Numbered from the stretch's first letter, positions 39,847-49,765 are shown. The stretch: DNA of 64,000 nucleotides from Bacillota bacterium (GCA_023389005.1 JAEWFE010000029.1:887-64886), one strand, 5' to 3'. Numbers and translations: made by a program. The notes: a model not told the origin generated them from the sequence alone.

Positions 39847-40872
39847 ATGAATCAGTACGAACTCTATCACCACGGCGTTAAAGGTATGAAGTGGGGTGTA
39901 AGAAAGAAATACAAACCCCATCCAAGAAAGAAGTCTAATAAACACGAAGAAGAACCTCAACAACGCCGAAAAGGATTGACTGATAAGCAGAAAAAGTATA
40001 TAAAAATAGGTGTAAGTATAACTGCAACCGCTTTAGTCGCGTATGGTTCTTATCGTCTTTATAAGTCTGGTAAATTAGATGGTTTGATTGGTAAAGGTAA
40101 ATCATTTGTAAATAAGTCTAATAAAACAGCGTCAAATCCTTCCATAAAAACGGGCAGTGATTCTAAATTAATGGGTGGAATGAATAGTTTTAAGACTAAG
40201 AAACTAAAGTCCAGTATTACTGATGATTTACGAGCCACAAACCCACTTTTTAGAACTGGACAGGCTGCTTTTACTAATAACTGTGGTAACTGTTCAATTA
40301 ACTATGAAATGCGTAGACGAGGTTTTGATACAGAAGCATTAGGTAATCCAAACAAAATGAGAGTTGAGCATGTAGGACAATTTTTTAAAGGACTAAAAGA
40401 TGAATCATTTAACAAAGTTGATATTGATTCAAGTGTCAAGGATGTTGGTGCTAAATTTTCAAAGTCTATTTTAGATAAATACCCAGAAGGTGCTAGAGGT
40501 ATGGTCGGACTTCACCACAATTACGGAGGATTCGACGGTGCGCATTTCTTTAACTGGGAAGTTAAAAACGGAAATGTGTTATTCACAGATGCCCAAAATG
40601 GTGTTCGCGATGCGTCCAATTATTTTAAATACTATAATAGAGCAACAAATAAGCCAATCGAAAGCATCCGATTAGATGACCTAGAACCGAATATGGACGA
40701 AATGAAGTCAATCATCAAAAATGTAGGCGAAAAAGTAGCTACTACATTCGATAGTAGCAGAATTAAGGGCGCAGGCTTTGTCATGCATAAATTAAGAAAA
40801 ATGAGGAGAGATTATTATGGTATTGAGCGTAAAAGAAGCATACCGCATAGTAAAAGAAAACGACAAACATAA
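39847..40872 (+). CDS. ELYHHGVKGMKWG-motif protein with C-terminal papain-fold (glutamine deamidase-like) toxin domain
   Basis: NNCGNCSINYEMRRRG (Cys), GAHFFNW (His), FTDAQ (Asp). Confidence 0.7.
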   Translation: MNQYELYHHGVKGMKWGVRKKYKPHPRKKSNKHEEEPQQRRKGLTDKQKKYIKIGVSITATALVAYGSYRLYKSGKLDGLIGKGKSFVNKSNKTASNPSIKTGSDSKLMGGMNSFKTKKLKSSITDDLRATNPLFRTGQAAFTNNCGNCSINYEMRRRGFDTEALGNPNKMRVEHVGQFFKGLKDESFNKVDIDSSVKDVGAKFSKSILDKYPEGARGMVGLHHNYGGFDGAHFFNWEVKNGNVLFTDAQNGVRDASNYFKYYNRATNKPIESIRLDDLEPNMDEMKSIIKNVGEKVATTFDSSRIKGAGFVMHKLRKMRRDYYGIERKRSIPHSKRKRQT

Positions 40873-41050
40873 TGCGTTCAATCCGTCAATGGCGGCAGAA
40901 AATCAAGTGCATATCGCTTTCGGAAACGATGACAATATTATCCGAGGAGTGAATAAATTTACAGGAGAGTATTTCCAAACGTACTTCCTAGACTATCCTT
41001 ATCAAGCAGAGGACATCATACGACGATGGGATAGAAAAGAATTTATGTAA
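40817..41050 (+). CDS. Small protein, candidate immunity partner
   Basis: GAGGAG RBS; overlaps the toxin 3' end; hairpin terminator at ~41058-41083. Confidence 0.55.
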   Translation: MVLSVKEAYRIVKENDKHNAFNPSMAAENQVHIAFGNDDNIIRGVNKFTGEYFQTYFLDYPYQAEDIIRRWDRKEFM

Positions 41051-41105
41051 TACATTTAGACACGGTCAACGCCGTGTTTTTTTTATGCTTAAAAGGAGTG
41101 ATTGA

Positions 41106-42854
41106 ATGGCATTATCTAATACCGCAACTCCTAAATACTATAGACAGTTCCGTGAAGCAGTTATACGTGGAGAGATTCCAGTAAACAAAGAAATATCCAT
41201 GGAGATGAACAGAATAGACGAATTGGTTAGAAACCCAGGCGTATATTACGACGATCAAGCTGTAGAGGGTTTTATCGAATTTTGCGAGAATGAGCTAACT
41301 CTAACTGATGGTGGAGATTTACACCTACTTGATTCGTTTAAACTTTGGGCTGAACAATTATTCGGTTGGTATTATTTCATCGATAGAACAGTATGGGTTC
41401 CCGATAAAGATGGTCATGGAGGAAAGTACGTTAGAAAGTCTATCAAAACTCGTCTTGTTAAGAAACAGTATCTGATTGTTGCTCGAGGTGCTGCAAAGTC
41501 AATGTATAGTTCATGTATTCAGAATTTCATGCTTAACGTAGATACATCAACCACCCATCAAGTTACAACTGCCCCAACTATGAAACAGGCAGAGGAAGTT
41601 ATGTCGCCAATTCGGACAGCAATTACTCGTTCAAGAGGACCACTATACAAATTCTTAACTGAAGGTTCGATTCGTAACACAAGTGGTTCTAAGGCAGATA
41701 GAGTGAAGTTAGCATCGACGAAAAAAGGAATTGAAAATTTCTTAACAGGTTCATTATTAGAAGTAAGACCGATGAAGATTGATAAGTTACAAGGACTACG
41801 TGTGAAAACAGCAACAGTCGACGAATGGCTATCGGGTGATATTCGCGAAGATGTGATTGGAGCGTTAGAACAAAGTGCTACCAAAGGCGATGAGGATTAC
41901 ATGATCATTGCCACGAGTTCTGAAGGGACTGTCCGTAATGGTAGTGGTGACACAATCAAAATGGAATTAATGAAAATTCTTAAAGGAGAGTATTCAGCAC
42001 CACACGTTTCTATCTGGTATTACAAACTCGACGATGTCGAAGAAGTTGGAAATCCAGAAATGTGGTTAAAGGCGAACCCAAATTTAGGAAAGACTGTTAG
42101 CTATGAAGCTTACCAGTTGGACGTCGAGAGAGCGGAACAATCTCCAGCTGCACGAAACGATATTCTTGCTAAAAGGTTTGGAATACCGATGGAGGGGTAT
42201 ACTTATTATTTTACATACGAAGAAACGGTACCGCATCGTTCCAGAGATTTTTGGTCAATGCCATGTTCACTTGGCGCAGACTTGTCTCAAGGGGACGATT
42301 TTTGTGCTTTTACTTTCTTATTCCCACTTAAAGATGGAACGTTTGGCGTGAAGACTAGGAACTATATTTCATCATTAACAATGTCTAAATTACCGCTGGC
42401 AATGAGAACCAAGTATGAAGAGTTTCTAAAAGAGGGAAGTCTAATTGTATTAGATGGAAATATTTTAGACATGATGCAAGTATATGATGATCTAGATGCT
42501 CATATCATTAAGATGGGGTACGACGTTCGCTCATTTGGATTTGACCCATATAACGCTAGAGAGTTTGTGGAACGTTGGGAAAAAGAGAATGGTCCATTTG
42601 GAATTGAGAAGGTTATTCAAGGTGTAAAAACAGAGTCTGTACCACTTGGGGAATTAAAGAAATTGTCTGAGGAAAGAATGCTTTTATTTGATGAGGAACT
42701 TATGAGTTTCACAATGGGTAACTGTGTTGTGATGCAGGATACAAATGGTAATAGGAAGTTGTTGAAGAAACGTTACGAGGCAAAAATCGATGCAGTTGCC
42801 GCGATGATGGATGCATTCGTAGCTTATAAATTAAACAAAGACGAGTTCGAATAA
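41106..42854 (+). CDS. terL: Terminase large subunit
   Basis: Walker A VARGAAKS, Walker B TVDE, GADLS nuclease Asp, FDPYN, KIDAVAAMMDA. Confidence 0.93.
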   Translation: MALSNTATPKYYRQFREAVIRGEIPVNKEISMEMNRIDELVRNPGVYYDDQAVEGFIEFCENELTLTDGGDLHLLDSFKLWAEQLFGWYYFIDRTVWVPDKDGHGGKYVRKSIKTRLVKKQYLIVARGAAKSMYSSCIQNFMLNVDTSTTHQVTTAPTMKQAEEVMSPIRTAITRSRGPLYKFLTEGSIRNTSGSKADRVKLASTKKGIENFLTGSLLEVRPMKIDKLQGLRVKTATVDEWLSGDIREDVIGALEQSATKGDEDYMIIATSSEGTVRNGSGDTIKMELMKILKGEYSAPHVSIWYYKLDDVEEVGNPEMWLKANPNLGKTVSYEAYQLDVERAEQSPAARNDILAKRFGIPMEGYTYYFTYEETVPHRSRDFWSMPCSLGADLSQGDDFCAFTFLFPLKDGTFGVKTRNYISSLTMSKLPLAMRTKYEEFLKEGSLIVLDGNILDMMQVYDDLDAHIIKMGYDVRSFGFDPYNAREFVERWEKENGPFGIEKVIQGVKTESVPLGELKKLSEERMLLFDEELMSFTMGNCVVMQDTNGNRKLLKKRYEAKIDAVAAMMDAFVAYKLNKDEFE

Positions 42855-42867
42855 GGTAGTGAGTATG

Positions 42868-43329
42868 ATGAATCAAAATGAATTGTATCACTACGGTGTT
42901 GTAGGAATGAAATGGGGACACCGTAGAGCAAGACCAAAAGATATCACAAAGGTGAGAGGTAAAAAGATTCAAAAGCAGTTTCAAAAGAAGATGAAAAAGA
43001 ATCAACTCTCAAATAGCAATGCTCTAAGAGACAAAATGAGTAGAGAGTTACAAAAAACGTCTACACATAAAAGATTAGAGAATTTTTCAAAAGATGTAAA
43101 TAAAATGTATAAAGAGTTTGACAAAGCGCACCCAGGAAAAACACTGGTAGTCGATAAACGTTTTGTTGACGCTCAAAATAAATTACAAGCGAAGCATCAG
43201 AAAACAGTTGATAAATTCATTAATAAACATCTTGATCAAATGGCTAGTGCAACATTAAAAGACCTGGGGTATGAAGATACTAAGAAAGCTAGAAAATATC
43301 TAAAAGATATAGGATTTCAAAATTGGTAG
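42868..43329 (+). CDS. Basic protein with ELYHYGVVGMKWG motif
   Basis: First 66 nt identical to those of 43340. Confidence 0.8.
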   Translation: MNQNELYHYGVVGMKWGHRRARPKDITKVRGKKIQKQFQKKMKKNQLSNSNALRDKMSRELQKTSTHKRLENFSKDVNKMYKEFDKAHPGKTLVVDKRFVDAQNKLQAKHQKTVDKFINKHLDQMASATLKDLGYEDTKKARKYLKDIGFQNW

Positions 43330-43339
43330 GAGGTAAAAC

Positions 43340-44074
43340 ATGAATCAAAATGAATTGTATCACTACGGTGTTGTAGGAATGAAATGGGGACACCGTAGAG
43401 CAAGAAAAATGATGGAACGTGCAGGTCGTTTAGATCAAAAAGCACGTAATAGAGGCAATGATGTATATAAAGCAAAAGCAAATGTTCTTAGGTCTAAAGC
43501 TGATTTAATTAATAAAAAGAACATTAGACGATTAGGTAAAGATGGAAAAGCATTATACCAAAAAATTGGTAAAACAAGTGGTGCGAAGGTGGCTGCTCAA
43601 GCGGCTTTAATGGGGAGTTACGGAGCTTTAAAATACAACAAAGCTAGATTAAATGGTAATGGAAGAGGAAAAGCTTACGTAAAGGGAATAGCGGCGAATA
43701 ATCTTAACATTGTTACTGGAGGCAAACTAGGATTAGGGCAAGGAGCTGATTTAGCTTCTAAAATGCGTGAACGAAGTGTACGTAAAAAAAATATCAAAAA
43801 GAATAAATCCCAAATAGACCAAGCCAAAAACTCAATGAAAGAAGCTAAAAAGTCATACAAACAAGAGAATAAACAGTATAAAAAAGATTTAGGGAAATCG
43901 TCTTCATTAATCAACACAGCAAGAAGCATTAGTCCAAGTAAGAAACAACGAGCTAAAGCCAACGAATTATACGATAGAGCTTCAGCAAGTGCTAGAAAAG
44001 CAAATTCTGCTGAACAACGATATAAGAAAGCGAAGAAACGTTATAAACAAACGAAACGAAATGTATACGCTTAA
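43340..44074 (+). CDS. Highly basic protein with ELYHYGVVGMKWG motif
   Basis: AGGAGG RBS; extremely K/R/A-rich. Confidence 0.8.
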   Translation: MNQNELYHYGVVGMKWGHRRARKMMERAGRLDQKARNRGNDVYKAKANVLRSKADLINKKNIRRLGKDGKALYQKIGKTSGAKVAAQAALMGSYGALKYNKARLNGNGRGKAYVKGIAANNLNIVTGGKLGLGQGADLASKMRERSVRKKNIKKNKSQIDQAKNSMKEAKKSYKQENKQYKKDLGKSSSLINTARSISPSKKQRAKANELYDRASASARKANSAEQRYKKAKKRYKQTKRNVYA

Positions 44075-44094
44075 TCATAGGAGGATAATTCAAA

Positions 44095-45342
44095 ATGGAG
44101 TTATCATTTGGTACGAGAGTTAAGAACGCGTTTAACGTGTTCATGAATAGAGCCCCTACATTTAACTATAATATTGGTCCAAGTTATTATTCTAGACCAG
44201 ACAGACCACGTTTTAGTGGTGGCAACGAACAAACTATTGTTACGTCTGTGTATAACAGAATTGCATTAGATGTGGCTGCTATGAATATACAGCATTGTAA
44301 ACTAGACGAAGACGGTAGGTTTATGAACACTATAGATTCTTCGTTAAACAATTGTCTAACATTGGAAGCAAATCTAGACCAAACGAGTAGGGCATTTTTT
44401 CAAGATGTTGTCATGTCGATGTTTGACGAAGGTTGTGTGGCAATTGTTCCAGTGGAAACAGATACGAATCCAGACAACACGGGTTCTTATAAAATTTATC
44501 AGTTGAGAACTGGGAAAGTTATAGAGTGGTATCCAGCCCATGTAAAAATCCGGGCATATAACGAAAATACAGGTCGTAAAGAGGAGTTCACTATGGCTAA
44601 AAGAGATGTAGCGATAGTTGAAAATCCTCTTTATTCTGTTATGAACGAATCGAATTCAACGTTAAAAAGATTGATAAGAAAACTAAGTTTGTTGGACCAA
44701 ATAGATGAGCAAAGCGGTTCCGGAAAGTTAGACTTACTTATTCAATTACCATACACTATTAAATCCGAGGCTAGACGCCAACAAGCTGAGAGTCGAAAAA
44801 AAGACATTGAAGCACAATTGAATAATTCAAAATATGGTATTGCATATGTTGATTCTACAGAGAAAGTAACTCAGTTAAATCGCCCTGTCGAAAACAACCT
44901 TATGAAACAAGTCGAATATTTAACGAGTATGCTATACAGCCAGTTAGGTATTACACAAGGAGTTCTAGAAGGTACAGCAAACGAACAGGAAATGCTGAAC
45001 TACTATACTCGATGCATCGAACCAATAGTATCAGCCATAACAGATGAGATGAAGCGGAAATTCCTAACGAAAACTGCTCGAACTCAAAATCAAACAATTA
45101 CGTTCTTTAGGGATCCATTTAAACTGGTTCCGATTAATAATATTGCAGAAATAGCTGATAAATTTACTAGAAATGAAATCATGTCTAGTAATGAAATTCG
45201 CCAAAAGATTGGCATGAGACCTTCTGAGGATCCTAGAGCTGACCAGCTATTGAACAGTAATATTAGTCAACCTGGCGTGGGAGGTCAGGAGATGTACCCT
45301 GAAGAAGAACTATATCCTGAGGAGGAAATGAATTATGAGTAA
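44095..45342 (+). CDS. Portal protein
   Basis: 415 aa between terL and capsid; HK97-type features (VYNRIALDVA, IMSSNEIRQKIGM.P). Confidence 0.9.
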   Translation: MELSFGTRVKNAFNVFMNRAPTFNYNIGPSYYSRPDRPRFSGGNEQTIVTSVYNRIALDVAAMNIQHCKLDEDGRFMNTIDSSLNNCLTLEANLDQTSRAFFQDVVMSMFDEGCVAIVPVETDTNPDNTGSYKIYQLRTGKVIEWYPAHVKIRAYNENTGRKEEFTMAKRDVAIVENPLYSVMNESNSTLKRLIRKLSLLDQIDEQSGSGKLDLLIQLPYTIKSEARRQQAESRKKDIEAQLNNSKYGIAYVDSTEKVTQLNRPVENNLMKQVEYLTSMLYSQLGITQGVLEGTANEQEMLNYYTRCIEPIVSAITDEMKRKFLTKTARTQNQTITFFRDPFKLVPINNIAEIADKFTRNEIMSSNEIRQKIGMRPSEDPRADQLLNSNISQPGVGGQEMYPEEELYPEEEMNYE

Positions 45343-45607
45343 AATTTATATCAAAGCAAATGACAAATTTGTAGCAACTAACATTTTGTATGCAGATGAT
45401 TCTACAAAACATCTTTTTACGGATGAGGCTAAAAAAGAGAAAATCACAAAAGATGAATTGTTAGAGTTGTTCTATAAAGGCGTTACCGTAAAACATGAAG
45501 ATGTTTACTATAAACCTTTATTGTTCAAAGTTGATAGTAGTGCTGGAGCATTAATTGTTTCTGATGGAACAACAGAACACACCTTCTATTCTCAAGAGCA
45601 TGCATAA
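45335..45607 (+). CDS. Hypothetical head-module protein
   Basis: GAGGAGG RBS; lies between portal and capsid. Confidence 0.65.
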   Translation: MSKIYIKANDKFVATNILYADDSTKHLFTDEAKKEKITKDELLELFYKGVTVKHEDVYYKPLLFKVDSSAGALIVSDGTTEHTFYSQEHA

Positions 45608-45631
45608 CAAAACTAAACGGAGGAATTCAAA

Positions 45632-47449
45632 ATGAAGTTTGATTTTAGTGGATGGGCCACGAAGAGTAATTTGAAATGCTCCGACGGTCGAACAATTATG
45701 CCGAATGCGTTCAAACATAATGATGGGAATAAAGTGCCCCTAGTTTGGAACCATCGTCATGATAGTCCATCTGATGTATTAGGTCATGCTGTATTACAAA
45801 ATCGTCGTGAAGGCGTATATGCGTATTGCAGATTCAACGATACTGAAAGTGGACGCCAAGCAAAAGAAATGGTCAAACATGGTGACATTAATGCTCTATC
45901 TATTTATGCGAATAATTTGAAGCAAGATATGGGAAATGTTATTCATGGGAATATTAGAGAAGTTAGTTTAGTTTTAGCAGGCGCCAATCCAGGTGCATTT
46001 ATTGACAATGTGATGGCACATGGTGAAGAACTAGACGATCGAGCTGTAATTTATACAGGGGAGGAAATCGAATTGAAACATTCAGACGATATTTATGAAG
46101 AAGAAATGTATCATGCGGACGAAGAGGAAGAAACTATTGAAGACATTTTCAATACTCTATCTCCAAAACAAAAAGATGCCGTATATTTCTTGATTGGTCA
46201 AGCTATCGAGGGCGGAGGAGACGCCGTACAACATTCCGATGACGATTATGATTATGATTATGATTATGATGACGAGGAATACGATGATGAAGACGAAACA
46301 ATCGCCGATATTATCGATACTATGGATGAAAAGCAACAAGATGTAATGAATTTCTTGGTTGAACAAGCATTAGAAAACGGAGGAAATGGATCTATGAAAC
46401 ATAACGTATTTGAAAATGAAGAATATGCTGGAGATGTGTTAACGCATTCTGAGATGGCTGCAATCATGGACGATGCTAAACGCTATGGTAGCTTGAAAGA
46501 TGTAACGCTTCAGCATGCTGAGAACTATGGAATCGAAAACATTGATTACTTGTTCCCAGAAGCAAAAGACGTAACGAATATGCCTACGTTCATCAAACGT
46601 GAAACTGGTTGGGTTGATAAAGTAATGAATGCTGTACACAACATTCCATTCTCACGTATTAAATCGACTTTTGCTAATATTACTGAAGATGAAGCTCGTG
46701 CTCGTGGTTACATCAAAGGGAATCTAAAGAAAGAAGAAGTGTTTAGTTTACTTAAACGTACAACCTCACCAACAACGATTTATAAAAAGCAAAAATTAGA
46801 CCGTGACGATGTGGTAGATATCACTTTCGATATTATTCCATGGTTAAAATCTGAAATGCGCTTAATGTTAAATGAAGAAATCGCTCGAGCAATTTTAATT
46901 GGTGATGGTCGTTTAGCTTCTTCAGAAGATAAGATTCAAGAATTAAACATTCGTCCAGTATTCAACGACGATGAATTATTCACTATCCAATATGGTGTTA
47001 AAGTAGCAAAAGGTGCTACAGACGCTGAGAAAGCTAAAGAATTTATTCGTTCATTAGTTCGTTCTCGTAAACAATATCGTGGTTCTGGCATGCCTACATT
47101 ATTCACTACAGAAGACATGTTAACAGAATGTCTATTATTAGAAGACAAGAATGGACGTATCATTTACGATTCTGTAGATAAATTAGCTACAGCAATGCGC
47201 GTAAAAGAAATTGTCACTGTACCTGTGATGGAAAAACAAAAGAGTAAAGGTAATAAACCTCTAATCGGCATTGTTGTAAACTTATCTGACTACTATGTAG
47301 GTACGGACCGTGGCGGACAAGTGAGCATGTTTGATGATTTCGACATCGACTTCAACCAACAAAAATACTTGATTGAAACACGTATCTCTGGTGCCTTAAC
47401 AGTTCCATTCTCAGCCATTGCTTTAGAATTAGACGAAGCCGCAGTGTAG
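45632..47449 (+). CDS. Prohead protease-scaffold-major capsid fusion (HK97 fold)
   Basis: N-terminal protease (PLVWNH, LSI, REVSLVLAGANPGA), acidic repeats, capsid C-terminus (EEIARAILIGDG...FDIDFNQQKYLIETR). Confidence 0.9.
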   Translation: MKFDFSGWATKSNLKCSDGRTIMPNAFKHNDGNKVPLVWNHRHDSPSDVLGHAVLQNRREGVYAYCRFNDTESGRQAKEMVKHGDINALSIYANNLKQDMGNVIHGNIREVSLVLAGANPGAFIDNVMAHGEELDDRAVIYTGEEIELKHSDDIYEEEMYHADEEEETIEDIFNTLSPKQKDAVYFLIGQAIEGGGDAVQHSDDDYDYDYDYDDEEYDDEDETIADIIDTMDEKQQDVMNFLVEQALENGGNGSMKHNVFENEEYAGDVLTHSEMAAIMDDAKRYGSLKDVTLQHAENYGIENIDYLFPEAKDVTNMPTFIKRETGWVDKVMNAVHNIPFSRIKSTFANITEDEARARGYIKGNLKKEEVFSLLKRTTSPTTIYKKQKLDRDDVVDITFDIIPWLKSEMRLMLNEEIARAILIGDGRLASSEDKIQELNIRPVFNDDELFTIQYGVKVAKGATDAEKAKEFIRSLVRSRKQYRGSGMPTLFTTEDMLTECLLLEDKNGRIIYDSVDKLATAMRVKEIVTVPVMEKQKSKGNKPLIGIVVNLSDYYVGTDRGGQVSMFDDFDIDFNQQKYLIETRISGALTVPFSAIALELDEAAV

Positions 47450-47462
47450 GAGAAAATTCAAA

Positions 47463-47819
47463 ATGGCGAAATTTTATGGAATAATCGGCTACGGTGAGAG
47501 TATTGAAATAGAACCTGGAATCTATGAAGATGCAATCATTGAGAAAAAATACACTGGAGATTTATTAAGAAATTATCGGAGAAATGAAACTTCTGGCAAT
47601 ATCAATGACAACATCACAATCTCCAATGATATTAGCATCTTAGCTGATCCATATGCCAAAGAACATTTCTCTAACATGAAATACGTAAAATTTATTATAC
47701 CCAAATTAGGTGGAGCCTGGAAGATAACAAATGTTGATGTTAATTTTCCAAGGCTTATTTTGTCTACTGGAGGTGTCTATAATGGGCAACAAGCGTCTAC
47801 AACTTCAGACGAAACTTGA
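47463..47819 (+). CDS. Putative head closure/stopper protein
   Basis: Position and size; ISILADPYA. Confidence 0.6.
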   Translation: MAKFYGIIGYGESIEIEPGIYEDAIIEKKYTGDLLRNYRRNETSGNINDNITISNDISILADPYAKEHFSNMKYVKFIIPKLGGAWKITNVDVNFPRLILSTGGVYNGQQASTTSDET

Positions 47820-48090
47820 GGAACTATTAGGTTCTAAAACAGTCTATTATCAGGCACCTGCTAATAGACAATTAACTTATCCGTGTATTATGTATTCTAA
47901 AGAAGATGTGGATATGAAAAAAGCGGATAATTCAAACTATATATCTAGAATTAGATATCAGATTATTATCATTGATAAACGTCCTGACAATAAAGTTATC
48001 GATAAAATTTTGGAATTACCTTATGCGAGCTATGACCGACATTATATATCGGATAATCTTCATCATGACGTTATTACAATTTATTTATAG
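47782..48090 (+). CDS. Putative tail terminator protein
   Basis: VYYQAP....YPCIMY pattern; GGAGG RBS. Confidence 0.65.
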   Translation: MGNKRLQLQTKLEELLGSKTVYYQAPANRQLTYPCIMYSKEDVDMKKADNSNYISRIRYQIIIIDKRPDNKVIDKILELPYASYDRHYISDNLHHDVITIYL

Positions 48091-48103
48091 GAGGAAATAC
48101 CAC

Positions 48104-48760
48104 ATGGCAAAATTAGCGTGGGGGGAAGCTGGAAAACGCTTCTATGAAACTGGTGTTAGCAATGGCGTCTTATATGTACAACAAAAAGGTGGCACGTATG
48201 GAAAAGGAGTTGCTTGGAATGGTTTGACACAAATTAGCGAATCTCCATCAGGTGCTGAGCCAAATCCGTTGTATGCTGATAATATCAAGTATTTAAACTT
48301 AATGTCCGTTGAAGAATTTGGCGCAACCATTGAAGCATTCTCTTACCCAGACGAGTGGAAACAATGCGACGGTAGCGCTGAAATTTCAAAAGGTGTGACC
48401 ATTGGTCAACAAGAACGAAAAGGCTTTGGATTATGCTACAAAACCATTAAAGGGAACGATACCGAATTTAACGATCACGGTTACGTTCTTCATTTAATTT
48501 ATGGTGGTAAAGCTTCACCTTCAGAAAAGTCTTATTCGTCAGTGAACGATAATCCAGAGGCGATTACTTTATCTTGGGAAATGACAACTACACCAGTTCC
48601 AGTCACAGGACATAAGCCAACTTCCATCCTGACAATCGATTCTACTTTGGTAGAAGCAGACAAAATGAAGAAGTTAGAAGATGCCTTATATGGTACTGAG
48701 CTGGCAGAACCAAAATTATTATTACCAGACGAAGTGATTGCTTTGTTAGCAGAAGAATAA
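48104..48760 (+). CDS. Major tail protein
   Basis: YETGVSNGVLY...AWNGL...YADNIKY; AGGAGG RBS; terminator at ~48778-48812. Confidence 0.85.
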   Translation: MAKLAWGEAGKRFYETGVSNGVLYVQQKGGTYGKGVAWNGLTQISESPSGAEPNPLYADNIKYLNLMSVEEFGATIEAFSYPDEWKQCDGSAEISKGVTIGQQERKGFGLCYKTIKGNDTEFNDHGYVLHLIYGGKASPSEKSYSSVNDNPEAITLSWEMTTTPVPVTGHKPTSILTIDSTLVEADKMKKLEDALYGTELAEPKLLLPDEVIALLAEE

Positions 48761-48832
48761 TTTCAAAATGGAGTATAGAGAGTTCGATTTAAAAGGTCGG
48801 ACTCTTCTTTTTATTAAAGGAGGAAAAACAAC

Positions 48833-49225
48833 ATGCTAAAAAAACGAGTTACTTACATTGATTACAACGGAGTACAACAAACAGAGGATTTTTATTTCCA
48901 TTTGAAGCCTAGCGAATTAGCGGAATTGGAAGTAAGCGTTGAGGGCGGTTACTCCGAACTACTTGAGAAAGCCAAAAACGAAGATAATCATCAAGTACTT
49001 TACAAGTTTGTAAAAGATGTATTGACAAAGTCATATGGGATTAAGAGTGAAGATGGCAAACGATTTATCAAGAATGATGAATTATTAGATGCTTTTGTAC
49101 AATCACCAGCTTATGATGAGATTTTCATGGAAGTTATCTCTAATCCTGAAAACTTTAATGCGTTTGTTGATGCAGTTACTCCTAATATGAACAAACTTGC
49201 TCAACCAACGTTTAATCTTGCTTAG
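48833..49225 (+). CDS. Tail assembly chaperone
   Basis: Directly after the major tail gene; AAGGAGG RBS. Confidence 0.7.
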   Translation: MLKKRVTYIDYNGVQQTEDFYFHLKPSELAELEVSVEGGYSELLEKAKNEDNHQVLYKFVKDVLTKSYGIKSEDGKRFIKNDELLDAFVQSPAYDEIFMEVISNPENFNAFVDAVTPNMNKLAQPTFNLA

Positions 49226-49760
49226 AATTGTCGTTCCCGGAGCAGAAATGTGGGATGAAATAAAAGAGGAATTTAACGTTAGCAAACCTTACACACTACA
49301 ATTAGAACATTCTTTAGTCTCGGTAAGTAAATGGGAGTCAAAGTGGTGTGTTCCTTTTTTACATACGCCTGATAAAAGCAAAGAGCAAATATTAGATTAT
49401 ATCAAGTGTATGACAATCACACAGAATGTTCCGGATGAAGTCTATGAAAGACTTTCAGAGGATAATATTGAAGAAATTCAGACATATATCGATTCTCCTA
49501 TGACAGCTGCAACTTTTTCACAGTCAGATAGCAAGTCTAGGAACGGAGAATTCGTCACTACCGAAACAATTTATTATTCGATGTTTGTAAACAGTATACC
49601 TATGGAATGTCAGAAGTGGCATCTCAATAGATTACTAACTTTAATAAAATTCTGCAATGTGAAGAATAATCCACCTAAAAAGATGTCAAGATCGGAAATT
49701 CTTCGCAGAAACGAGAAATTAAACGCTGAACGGCGTGCCAAATATAATAGTACGGGGTAG
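49218..49760 (+). CDS. Second tail assembly protein
   Basis: TTG start overlapping the upstream stop; LEHSLVSVSKWESKW...WHLNRLLTLI. Confidence 0.65.
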   Translation: MLRIVVPGAEMWDEIKEEFNVSKPYTLQLEHSLVSVSKWESKWCVPFLHTPDKSKEQILDYIKCMTITQNVPDEVYERLSEDNIEEIQTYIDSPMTAATFSQSDSKSRNGEFVTTETIYYSMFVNSIPMECQKWHLNRLLTLIKFCNVKNNPPKKMSRSEILRRNEKLNAERRAKYNSTG

Positions 49761-49765
49761 ATTCA

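Noticed and set aside
49197..49225. Canonical -1 programmed frameshift in the tail assembly chaperone
   Set aside because: The downstream ORF is in the +1 frame and there is no XXXYYYZ slippery site; a coupled TTG start at 49218 is simpler, though a +1 shift is not excluded
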